A stretch of DNA of 24,548 bases, from IMG/VR virus record IMGVR_UViG_3300006024_000025, positions 1 to 24,548 of that record. The stretch is one strand, 5' to 3'. This document shows positions 1 to 8,365 of the stretch, one piece after another. Position numbers and translations under genes: made by a program. The notes under the pieces are model-generated. The model saw only the letters and a list, made by a program, of their open reading frames with translations, was not told where the DNA came from and made no database searches. Origin of the DNA: a virus (Duplodnaviria; Caudoviricetes). Positions within the stretch are counted from its first letter, which is position 1; every line of letters begins with the position of its first letter.

Positions 1-9
1 AGCTAATGA

Positions 10-366
10 ATGAACTTTAATGAATTGACACCAGACAACTGGTTATTCTTTGCTATTCAACATTATAACAACCCGTCGTCAGTCACTTATTCAGACTTTG
101 AAGAAGACTTAAAGAGATTTAAGTACATCAAACGATTGCTTAAGAGATATGAGACGACGGGAGAGCTCAAGACTCATCTAATCTTGAATCATATCATTGT
201 ACTTTATAATGTCTTTGATGATGCAGCAACTCCCTTGCTGTTTTACAAAGTGGAAGCAACATACTGGTCTCAAATCAAGGCGTTTATGTTATTTCTAAAT
301 AGATTACCACCTTCTATAACTACAGGTTTTGACGAGGAATGTCTAAAGCAATTGAATCTAATATAA
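10..366 (+). CDS. Conserved T4-like (cyano)phage hypothetical protein
   Basis: 118-aa ORF (YNNP...FEEDLKRFKYIKRLL...HLILNHIIVLYNVF) of the type usually found upstream of gp61 primase in marine T4-like phages; function unknown. Confidence 0.8.
   Translation: MNFNELTPDNWLFFAIQHYNNPSSVTYSDFEEDLKRFKYIKRLLKRYETTGELKTHLILNHIIVLYNVFDDAATPLLFYKVEATYWSQIKAFMLFLNRLPPSITTGFDEECLKQLNLI
295..301 (+). promoter_or_regulatory. Possible T4-type late promoter variant (CTAAATA)
   Basis: CTAAATA 38 nt upstream of the ATG at 339; a short motif in AT-rich DNA, so it may be chance. Confidence 0.3.
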
Positions 367-1052
367 ATGAAGAGATAAACTCAGCAGGCGATGGATCTGG
401 TCTCCAGTTGCCACCTGCGTTTGTTACTGTACAACCACGTCAGCACCGTAAGTATAAGAAGGCAAATCAAGATAAAGTTGATGGTCGCACTAAAGGTGCT
501 CGCTCTCTCTTCTCCCGTATACAAAAAAGAAAAATGAAAGAACAAGTAGAAACTCAAATCGATGAGGCTATTGTGTCCGACACTGAGAGGGCACAGAAGC
601 AGATCCAGCAAGGCAAAAAACTAAACCGCCAGAAGGAGATGCAAAATAAGCGTAAGGAAGCAAAGCAAAAACTTACGAACAAAACTAAAGAGATGGATCA
701 TTTGATGAAAGCACGTCTTTCAGACTTTAAAAAGAAAGCATCTGATCAACAGAAGAAAGTTAAAAGAGAAGAAACTGAAACTACTAATGAAATTATGACT
801 GAAAACCAAGACGTGATTCAAGTTGCACTTGACGTTGCAACATCTGAACTCAATCCACAAGGAGAAGCATCTTTTGCTAAGATCCAGTTTGCTGATGGTG
901 GAGTACAGAACCTAGATAACTTCTCTGCTAAGAGAATTGCTGCTACATATGCACAATTAGATGATACACATAAAACTCAGTTCCAATACATGCTGAACAA
1001 AGATGCTTCATCTTATCAGTCTGCACTGGACTTTGCGGTACGTAATAACTAG
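339..1052 (+). CDS. Hypothetical protein with Lys/Gln/Glu-rich coiled-coil centre (possible internal head/virion protein)
   Basis: 237-aa ORF overlapping the upstream gene; charged helical middle, VDGRTK motif, globular-looking C-terminus. Confidence 0.75.
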   Translation: MSKAIESNINEEINSAGDGSGLQLPPAFVTVQPRQHRKYKKANQDKVDGRTKGARSLFSRIQKRKMKEQVETQIDEAIVSDTERAQKQIQQGKKLNRQKEMQNKRKEAKQKLTNKTKEMDHLMKARLSDFKKKASDQQKKVKREETETTNEIMTENQDVIQVALDVATSELNPQGEASFAKIQFADGGVQNLDNFSAKRIAATYAQLDDTHKTQFQYMLNKDASSYQSALDFAVRNN

Positions 1053-1057
1053 GGTCA

Positions 1058-1459
1058 ATGGCGGAGAGTATTAATACTGCAATAATAGAAAGGTTAGAGA
1101 AAGTTGTAGAATCTCTCCAAGAAAACTCTGTGAAGATGGGGCAGCTTCTTGCTGTCCATAATGAAAAGTTAGATAATCAGGATCAAGTTGATCGTGTTTT
1201 ATTTGAAAAGGTAGATAGGTTGCATACTGATCTAAACAGAGAGACAGAGGCAATCAAGAAAGGATGTGAAAGAGATATTAGAAAGGTTGATGACCGTCTT
1301 AGGGTCATGGAGAAGAAGATGTGGACTATTTTTGGTGCCCTGTCTGTCATTTCCTTCATGGTTAGTGTACCAGGTCAGTCCCTGCTTAGAAACTTGACAC
1401 AAGAGCAACCATCTGTTAGTATGACCTCAGTGAAAAACCCTCTCATTGAGTTATCTTGA
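1058..1459 (+). CDS. Hypothetical coiled-coil protein with a single C-terminal transmembrane segment
   Basis: 133 aa; heptad-like N-terminus (IIERLEKVVESLQENSVKM...) followed by hydrophobic MWTIFGALSVISFMVSV. Confidence 0.75.
   Translation: MAESINTAIIERLEKVVESLQENSVKMGQLLAVHNEKLDNQDQVDRVLFEKVDRLHTDLNRETEAIKKGCERDIRKVDDRLRVMEKKMWTIFGALSVISFMVSVPGQSLLRNLTQEQPSVSMTSVKNPLIELS
1394..1422 (+). promoter_or_regulatory. Sigma70-type promoter upstream of primase, embedded in the 3' end of the preceding CDS
   Basis: TTGACA (1394-1399), 17-nt spacer, TAGTAT (1417-1422), with an extended -10 TG at 1414-1415. Confidence 0.65.
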
Positions 1460-2435
1460 CGTAAAGTACATAAATTTAATATCCCCTCGTCTGAATCTCT
1501 TCACTCGCAAGAAGGCAGACCTGTTTAATTTCAGGTGTCCTTACTGTGGTGATTCACAAAAGAGAAAGAACAAGACGAGGGGATATTTGTTTAAGGTTAA
1601 GAATGATTTTGTATTCAAATGCCATAATTGTGGCATGGGAAGATCACTTACAAACTTTATTAAAGATCAAGATTCATTTCTTCATGACCAGTATGTTATG
1701 GAGAAATTTAAAGATGGTAGAACTGGTAAGGGTACTACTGTACCCAACCCAAAATTTAATTTTAGTGAACCAAAATTTAATAAGAGTGATGTAGATTTAG
1801 AGAAGATTTCTAATCTAAATACCTCACATCCAGCACGAGAATATCTTGAGAAGAGAGGTATCAAAGATCTAAACTACTTCTATTATTGTCCCAAATTCAA
1901 GGAATGGACAAACAAACAAAAGAAGATGTTTGACACTCTCAGACAAGATTCATCTCGTATTATTATACCATTCCGAGATAAGGATGGTAGACTCTTCGGT
2001 TATCAAGGTAGATCTCTTGCTCCCAAGGCAAAGATGAGATACATTACGATAATGCTTGACGAAGATAAACCTAAGATCTTTGGATTAGATAGGATTAATT
2101 ATGAAAAACCCATTTATATCGTTGAAGGACCGTTTGACAGTACCTTCATTCAGAATTCCGTTGCGATGGCTGGGTCTGATGTTGATATTCGGACGTTTGG
2201 CTGGAGCGATCATATTTGGATTTTTGATAACGAACCACGTAACAGAGAAATCGTCAATCGAATCTCCAAAGTCATCAGTAGAGGAGATAAAATAGTTATC
2301 TGGCCTCAAAAGATACAACAAAAAGACATCAATGACATGCATCTTGCTGGACATGATGTTCAAACTCTGGTAGAATCAAACACCTATCAGGGACTAACCG
2401 CAACCCTTAAATTTAACGATTGGAAAAAAGTATGA
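1446..2435 (+). CDS. 61: DNA primase (T4 gp61 family)
   Basis: N-terminal Zn ribbon CPYCGDS...CHNCG; TOPRIM motifs VEGPFDS and DNEPRN; KDINDM; TTG start. Confidence 0.95.
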   Translation: MSYLDVKYINLISPRLNLFTRKKADLFNFRCPYCGDSQKRKNKTRGYLFKVKNDFVFKCHNCGMGRSLTNFIKDQDSFLHDQYVMEKFKDGRTGKGTTVPNPKFNFSEPKFNKSDVDLEKISNLNTSHPAREYLEKRGIKDLNYFYYCPKFKEWTNKQKKMFDTLRQDSSRIIIPFRDKDGRLFGYQGRSLAPKAKMRYITIMLDEDKPKIFGLDRINYEKPIYIVEGPFDSTFIQNSVAMAGSDVDIRTFGWSDHIWIFDNEPRNREIVNRISKVISRGDKIVIWPQKIQQKDINDMHLAGHDVQTLVESNTYQGLTATLKFNDWKKV

Positions 2436-4753
2436 CAAACGGAGTTGGAATTAAAGTAACTAAGCGTGATGGCGCTGTAGAAGGTCTTAACCTTGATAAG
2501 ATCCATAAGGTAGTAGAAGAGGCATGTGAAGGTCTTGGGAGCGGTGTAAGTGCTTCTCAGATAGAAATGAACTCTGGTCTGCAGTTCTTTGATGGTATCG
2601 AAACAAAGGATATTCAAGAGATCCTTGTTCGTTCTGCTAGTGATCTTATAACACTAGACAATCCTAACTATCAATTTGCTGCTGCAAGGTTGCTTTTGTA
2701 TGGTCTTTATAAGCAAGTCTTTGGATCTGAGTGGGTTCAGAGTTATCCACCAGTATATGAACATGCTACAAATTGTGTAGATCTAGGTGTCTATGATAAA
2801 GATATTTTAAATAAGTATACAATAGAAGAATGGGAGAAAATCGATAGTTATATCGATCATACTAGAGACCTTCTTTTCACATATGCTGGTCTTCGCCAAG
2901 TTGCTGATAAGTATCTTGTTCAGGATCGTAGTACAAGTGAAGTATATGAGACTCCACAGTTCATGTATCTCATGATTGCTGTGACACTCTTCCAAAATTA
3001 CCCACAAGAAACTCGTTTAAAATACGTTAAGGATTACTATGACGCAATCAGCAGACACAAAATCAACATCCCAACCCCCATTATGGCAGGTGTCAGAACA
3101 CCCCTTCGTCAATTTGCATCTTGCGTTCTGGTTGATACTGATGACACCCTCGATAGTATCTTTAGCAGCGATATGGCTATTGGCTACTATGTCTCACAGA
3201 GGGCTGGTATCGGCATTAACGCGGGAAGAATCAGAGGGATCAATGCTAAGATCCGTGGAGGAGAAGTTCAGCACACGGGTGTTGTCCCCTTCCTTAAAAA
3301 GTTTGAATCAACTGTACGATGCTGCACTCAAAACGGGATCAGAGGTGGGTCAGCGACTGTCCACTTTCCGATCTGGCACCAAGAAATAGAAGATATTATT
3401 GTTCTTAAAAACAACAAAGGAACAGAAGATAATAGAGTTAGAAAACTCGACTATAGTATACAAATTTCAAAATTATTTTATGAAAGATTTATTGCAAGTG
3501 AAGACATTAGTTTATTCTCTCCTCACGATGTTCCTGGTTTATATGATGCTTTCGGAACTGATGATTTTGACGAACTATACAGACAATACGAAGCAAACGA
3601 GACCATCCCTAGAAAAACTATTGGTGCCCAAGAATTAATACTTGACATCCTTAAGGAGAGAGCAGAGACTGGTCGTTTGTATATTATGAACATAGACCAT
3701 TGTAATTCTCATTCTTCCTTCCTTGATAAGGTAAATATGAGTAACCTATGTCAGGAGATTACACTTCCAACTGAACCCATCAATCACATTGATGATCGTG
3801 ATGGTGAGATTGCATTGTGTATTCTCTCTGCTGTAAACGTAGGCAAGATCAATAAGTTTGATGAATTAGAAAACCTCTGTGACCTAGCAGTCCGTGGTCT
3901 AGAGGAACTTATTGATTATCAGAACTACCCTGTACAAGCAGCGGAACGTTCTACACTTGCTCGTCGTTCACTTGGTGTTGGTTACATCGGACTTGCACAC
4001 TACCTAGCAAAGAATGGTTACAACTATGAAGATCCCGCAGCATGGAAAGCAGTCCACGACTTGTCTGAAGCTTTCCAGTTCTATCTACTTAAGTCAAGTA
4101 ACACAGTTGCCCAAGAAAAAGGGCCATGTGAAGCTTTTCATAGAACCAAGTATGCGGACGGTCTCCTCCCAATCGACACTTATAAGCGTGACATCGATGA
4201 ATTCTGTGGAGCAGAATTAAGTTATGATTGGGAATCTCTTAGAGAATCTATCTTGGAGCATGGACTCAGGCACAGCACGTTGTCCGCACAGATGCCTTCA
4301 GAGAGCAGTTCCGTTGTGTCAAATGCAACAAATGGAGTTGAACCACCTAGAGGATACTTGTCCGTTAAGAAATCAAAGAAGGGACCCCTTAAGCAGATTG
4401 TTCCACAATATACTACGTTGAAGAACAATTACACATTGCTTTGGGATATGAAAGGTAATGATGGTTATATCAAGATAATTTCTGCTATGCAGAAGTTCTT
4501 TGATCAAGCAATAAGTGGTAACTGGAGTTATAATCCAGCAAATTATGAAAATAATGAGGTTCCTGTATCAGAAATGGCAGGTGACTTACTTAAAACATAT
4601 AAGTATGGATGGAAGACATCATATTATCAGAACACATACGATCAAAAAGAAGAAGAACCATCACTAACTGAGGAGAAGAAAGAATCAATCAAAGATTTAC
4701 TAAACCAAATTCTAGAAACCGAGGAAGACGACTGTGACAGTTGCAAAATTTAG
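2432..4753 (+). CDS. nrdA: Ribonucleoside-diphosphate reductase class Ia, alpha subunit
   Basis: ATP-cone (VTKRDG...LDKIHKVV), QFASCVL, SNLCQEI catalytic motif, KTSYY, C-terminal CDSCKI redox pair. Start placed at ATG 2432, which overlaps the primase stop (ATGA). Confidence 0.97.
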   Translation: MTNGVGIKVTKRDGAVEGLNLDKIHKVVEEACEGLGSGVSASQIEMNSGLQFFDGIETKDIQEILVRSASDLITLDNPNYQFAAARLLLYGLYKQVFGSEWVQSYPPVYEHATNCVDLGVYDKDILNKYTIEEWEKIDSYIDHTRDLLFTYAGLRQVADKYLVQDRSTSEVYETPQFMYLMIAVTLFQNYPQETRLKYVKDYYDAISRHKINIPTPIMAGVRTPLRQFASCVLVDTDDTLDSIFSSDMAIGYYVSQRAGIGINAGRIRGINAKIRGGEVQHTGVVPFLKKFESTVRCCTQNGIRGGSATVHFPIWHQEIEDIIVLKNNKGTEDNRVRKLDYSIQISKLFYERFIASEDISLFSPHDVPGLYDAFGTDDFDELYRQYEANETIPRKTIGAQELILDILKERAETGRLYIMNIDHCNSHSSFLDKVNMSNLCQEITLPTEPINHIDDRDGEIALCILSAVNVGKINKFDELENLCDLAVRGLEELIDYQNYPVQAAERSTLARRSLGVGYIGLAHYLAKNGYNYEDPAAWKAVHDLSEAFQFYLLKSSNTVAQEKGPCEAFHRTKYADGLLPIDTYKRDIDEFCGAELSYDWESLRESILEHGLRHSTLSAQMPSESSSVVSNATNGVEPPRGYLSVKKSKKGPLKQIVPQYTTLKNNYTLLWDMKGNDGYIKIISAMQKFFDQAISGNWSYNPANYENNEVPVSEMAGDLLKTYKYGWKTSYYQNTYDQKEEEPSLTEEKKESIKDLLNQILETEEDDCDSCKI

Positions 4754-5915
4754 AAGGAACTCAATGAAAACTAAAGTAAAAGGAATGACGGTATTTAATA
4801 CAGATATCGTTGATACCACCAAAGGACAGATGTTCTTTGGTCCTCCATTGGGAGTCCAACGTTATGATAAGTTTAAGTATCCTATCTTTGACAAGTTAAC
4901 ACAGACACAGTTAGGTTTCTTTTGGAGACCAGAAGAAGTATCATTACAAAAAGATCGTGCAGATTATCAAACACTTAACAAAGCACAAAAACACATATTT
5001 ACCAGTAACCTTAAGTACCAGATCCTCTTAGACTCCGTACAAGGTCGTGGTCCTGGTATTGCTTTTGCACCTTTCTGTTCTCTACCCGAACTAGAATCTG
5101 CTATGAGTATATGGCAGACTATGGAGATGGTTCATAGTAGATCATATACACACATCATCAAGAACGTGTACTCTGACCCTTCAGACGTGTTCGATAAGAT
5201 CTTGAATGATGATAAGATACTTGCAAGGGCACAGTCCGTTACAGGGGCATATGATGACTTCTTACAGGCAGCATCCGAATGGGGTTCTGGTAGACAGTGG
5301 GAACATGCTTTAGAAGATACTCCTAATGCATTGGATGAACTATATGAATTGAAGAGAAAACTATACAAAGCAGTTGCTAACGTATACATTCTTGAGGGAA
5401 TTAGATTCTATGTATCCTTCGCTTGTTCTTTTGCTTTTGGTGAGCTTAAGTTACTTGAAGGTTCTGCTAAGATCATATCTTTAATAGCAAGAGATGAAAG
5501 TCAGCATATGGTTATCACTCAAAACATTCTTAAAAAATGGCAAGAGGGTGATGATCCTGATATGAAACAGATTGCTGAAGAGGAACGTGATAATGTTTAT
5601 AAGATGTTTGAGAACACTGTTCAAGAAGAGAAGGAGTGGGCAGAGTATCTGTTCAAAGATGGATCTATCATTGGTCTTAATGATAAACTTCTTTCTAACT
5701 ATGTTGAGTGGACTGCTAATCGTAGATTGAAAGCGATTGGTTTTGATGCAATCTTTGATACACCGTTAGCAAACAACCCATTGCCATGGACTGCACATTG
5801 GTTGTCTTCTAAAGGACTACAAGTAGCACCACAGGAGACAGAGGTTGAATCATATATGATAGGTAGTATTAAACAAGACGTTAAGAAGGATACTTTCTCA
5901 GGATTTAAACTATGA
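4734..5915 (+). CDS. nrdB: Ribonucleoside-diphosphate reductase class Ia, beta subunit
   Basis: FFWRPEEV; di-iron ligands in LLDSVQGR, EMVHSRSY (with radical Tyr), LEGIRFYVSF and RDESQH; C-terminal APQETEVESY. GTG start with GAGGA at 4721-4725; alternative ATG at 4764. Confidence 0.97.
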   Translation: MTVAKFRRNSMKTKVKGMTVFNTDIVDTTKGQMFFGPPLGVQRYDKFKYPIFDKLTQTQLGFFWRPEEVSLQKDRADYQTLNKAQKHIFTSNLKYQILLDSVQGRGPGIAFAPFCSLPELESAMSIWQTMEMVHSRSYTHIIKNVYSDPSDVFDKILNDDKILARAQSVTGAYDDFLQAASEWGSGRQWEHALEDTPNALDELYELKRKLYKAVANVYILEGIRFYVSFACSFAFGELKLLEGSAKIISLIARDESQHMVITQNILKKWQEGDDPDMKQIAEEERDNVYKMFENTVQEEKEWAEYLFKDGSIIGLNDKLLSNYVEWTANRRLKAIGFDAIFDTPLANNPLPWTAHWLSSKGLQVAPQETEVESYMIGSIKQDVKKDTFSGFKL

Positions 5916-6583
5916 GTTTTGATATTACTGAATTGATTTATAGGGTTCCTAATTTTTTATCTGATAGTGAGTGTGATTGTTTAATTTCTGAATACGAGAA
6001 ACGTTCTAGTGAATATGAACTAGAAAAGTGCCCAGATGCTAATACTGGATTGCTTACTCAATCTACATTTCAAAGAATATGTTTACAAGAAGGTACTCCA
6101 AATTATCAGTTATTGTTTAACAAAACAGAACGTGCAGTGAATGAGTATCTAAATTATTTGGAGTCAAAGAATTCATTTCATGTTCCTCAATTGAGGAAAT
6201 CTTTGAATTATTCTCATATGTATAGACTGTTAAAGTATGGTCCTGGAAATAAAATTCATCCACATAGTGATCATGATCCATTAACATATGGAAGTATTAC
6301 TTTTAATTTGAATGATGGTTATACTGGTGGAGAGTTTAAATTTTTTAATGGTAAACATACAGTCAATTTACAACGTGGGGAGATGATGATCTGGCCAGCA
6401 GATTATTTTTGGGTACATGAAGTAACTCCAATTGAAACTGGAGTCAGATACAGTACAAATAGTTTCTTGTTATCTGTTAGTCCTAAATTTAAGAATGAGT
6501 TGGTTGGTAGTCTAAGTAGATTAGAAAATCAATATTATAATATGCATAAGTACACTCGTCCTATGAAGTATAATGTTGTTTGA
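5912..6583 (+). CDS. 2OG-Fe(II) oxygenase (prolyl-4-hydroxylase-like)
   Basis: PNFLSDSECD start; HxD (HSD) ... LNDGYTGGEFKF ... WVHEVTPIETGVRYS, giving the distal His and 2OG-binding Arg. Confidence 0.9.
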   Translation: MSFDITELIYRVPNFLSDSECDCLISEYEKRSSEYELEKCPDANTGLLTQSTFQRICLQEGTPNYQLLFNKTERAVNEYLNYLESKNSFHVPQLRKSLNYSHMYRLLKYGPGNKIHPHSDHDPLTYGSITFNLNDGYTGGEFKFFNGKHTVNLQRGEMMIWPADYFWVHEVTPIETGVRYSTNSFLLSVSPKFKNELVGSLSRLENQYYNMHKYTRPMKYNVV

Positions 6584-7034
6584 GAAAGAAATTGCCCTTG
6601 GCAAAGGAAAAGATACAACCTTATTAAAGATAAAGAGGTGGATCAGTAAACAGAAGCCACCTCTTAATACTATCTTGAAATATCTTTTTTCATACATAGA
6701 AAAATGGTACTGGGATGGTAAAGTCCTGAATACCATGGCAGGTGTTGACCTTGAAACTAAAAAACTACATGAACTATGGGAGGAAAATGACAGAGAACTT
6801 ACCCCACACGTCGTGGAGAGAGGAGTATTTGGAGACGACGGGTGGTCTATCGAAATTTCAAACCCAGCTTTTGAAAGAGGGACCGAAGTCTCTGTCCCAA
6901 AGTTGGTTACTCCAAGCAATGTACGGTCAGTGGAAAAAGAGAAAGGGAATCAAAGACCCAGAACCACCAAACTGTCAGAGCAGCATGAAGGAGTGGGAAG
7001 AGTCAATCAAGAAATACCAGACCCGTGGGACTAA
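6573..7034 (+). CDS. Hypothetical protein
   Basis: 153-aa ORF overlapping the oxygenase stop; its 3' half overlaps the next ORF in another frame. Confidence 0.65.
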   Translation: MLFEKEIALGKGKDTTLLKIKRWISKQKPPLNTILKYLFSYIEKWYWDGKVLNTMAGVDLETKKLHELWEENDRELTPHVVERGVFGDDGWSIEISNPAFERGTEVSVPKLVTPSNVRSVEKEKGNQRPRTTKLSEQHEGVGRVNQEIPDPWD

Positions 7035-7038
7035 GTAA
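6787..7038 (+). CDS. Hypothetical cyanophage protein (MTENLPHTSWREEYL...GPKSLSQSWLLQAM...)
   Basis: ATG at 6787 preceded by a GGAGG Shine-Dalgarno; its stop TAA overlaps the pebS ATG (TAATG coupling); resembles a small cyanomyophage family from recall. Confidence 0.7.
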   Translation: MTENLPHTSWREEYLETTGGLSKFQTQLLKEGPKSLSQSWLLQAMYGQWKKRKGIKDPEPPNCQSSMKEWEESIKKYQTRGTK

Positions 7039-7664
7039 TGGATCTTTGGAAAAATTATAGAACCGCTGTATCAGATGTCTTTCCTGATATAGAATTTGTT
7101 GAAAGACATGCTGAATGGACTAATGATAAGGGTATAAATCTAACTGCAGATCTGTATAAAGGTAAACATTTTATTAAGTCTAGGCATGTAGATATATGGG
7201 ACGGAAAGAATCTTAACATTCATAATAATATAATATACCCTAAGACTGGACACAACCTTCCTTGCTTTGGTATGGACTTGATGGGATTCTCTGAGAAGAG
7301 AGTTGTAATAGTATTTGATTTCCAGCACCCAGTAGAAAACTATCTACTTAAAGTACCACCATTACCTCAGACAACAGAGACCTATCGTTTCTTTGAGCAT
7401 GGTAATCATTTCTCTGATAATATCTTTGTAAGGTATTGTAAGATGGATGGAGTTGAAACATTTTTACCAACATTCAAATATTATTTGTCACTCTATAAAG
7501 AAATGATAGATAAAGCACAACCTACTGGTACTGATACCAGTTTGTATAAAGACTTCGATTCCTATATGATAAGACTTGACCCTATCTCAGGGTATTTGTC
7601 TAATAGATTTGGCAAAAAAGAATCTGAGCAATTAATTAAAGAATTCTTTTTCAGTTATGCTTAA
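7038..7664 (+). CDS. pebS: Phycoerythrobilin synthase (phage ferredoxin-dependent bilin reductase)
   Basis: IIYPKTGHNLPCFGMDLM, VFDFQHP, YRFFEHGNHFSDNIFVRYC and YMIRLDPISGY match cyanophage PebS, including both catalytic Asp residues (GMDL, LDP). Confidence 0.93.
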   Translation: MDLWKNYRTAVSDVFPDIEFVERHAEWTNDKGINLTADLYKGKHFIKSRHVDIWDGKNLNIHNNIIYPKTGHNLPCFGMDLMGFSEKRVVIVFDFQHPVENYLLKVPPLPQTTETYRFFEHGNHFSDNIFVRYCKMDGVETFLPTFKYYLSLYKEMIDKAQPTGTDTSLYKDFDSYMIRLDPISGYLSNRFGKKESEQLIKEFFFSYA

Positions 7665-7666
7665 AA

Positions 7667-8341
7667 ATGATTAAAGATTTATCCGATATTATCCGCAAGC
7701 ATCAAAAAACTCTACCTAACATAGAGGAAATGGATGTTGCTGATAAATTTAAAGAAGTCTATAAAGAGACAGAAGATGGTAATCTAACCATCGAGAACGA
7801 GATGCATATGTGTACTGGATTACGCAAGGTACATATGGAAATTGCTAATTTAGGAGCACTAGATATCATTCATTGTATATGGTATCCTGATCCAGACTTT
7901 GATCTACCTATTTTTGGTGCTGACATTGTATCTAATAGGAACATTGTTACAGCTGCTATCACTGATATCTCTCCTGTGGATGAAGAACATCCAATCTATG
8001 AAGAAATAGAGGATATTAGTAGGATGCATAGTTTTAAACACAATAGAGATATTCCTGCATGGGGTGACATCTTTTCTCCTTATTGTAAGTTTGCTAGATT
8101 AGAAACTGATGAAGATAAAAGCACGTTTTGTAAGGTAGTTGATCAGTATCTAGATGCATATGTGGGTGCTGTGTGGAAAGCAACCATTGATTATAATAGA
8201 GCAGAGCATAGAAACGAATCACAAGTACATTATTGTGATCAACAGAAAAAGAATGACAAAACTAGAAAGATTCTTACCAATTATTTTGGTGCTAAATGGG
8301 CAGACAATTATATCAATCAGGTCTTATTTGATGAACCATAA
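7667..8341 (+). CDS. pcyA: Phycocyanobilin:ferredoxin oxidoreductase
   Basis: LRKVHMEI (Glu76 equivalent), DIIHCIWYPDP (His88), LPIFGADIV (Asp105), AAITDISP, PAWGDIFS, YCDQQKKNDKTRKIL, YINQVLFD. Confidence 0.92.
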   Translation: MIKDLSDIIRKHQKTLPNIEEMDVADKFKEVYKETEDGNLTIENEMHMCTGLRKVHMEIANLGALDIIHCIWYPDPDFDLPIFGADIVSNRNIVTAAITDISPVDEEHPIYEEIEDISRMHSFKHNRDIPAWGDIFSPYCKFARLETDEDKSTFCKVVDQYLDAYVGAVWKATIDYNRAEHRNESQVHYCDQQKKNDKTRKILTNYFGAKWADNYINQVLFDEP

Positions 8342-8344
8342 ATA
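8337..8344 (+). promoter_or_regulatory. T4-type late promoter (CATAAATA)
   Basis: NATAAATA overlapping the pcyA stop, 22 nt upstream of the GIY-YIG start. Confidence 0.55.
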
Positions 8345-8365
8345 GGGTGAAGATATGATGCAGAT

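Noticed and set aside
3039-4428. Short alternative-frame ORFs within nrdA
   Set aside because: Shadows of a highly conserved gene
2432-5915. Possible group I intron or intein in nrdA/nrdB, as in T4 nrdB
   Set aside because: Both ORFs are continuous, of normal length, and show no splicing or endonuclease motifs
6521-6919. 132-aa minus-strand ORF
   Set aside because: Antisense to a tightly coupled plus-strand operon, with no motif or expression signal
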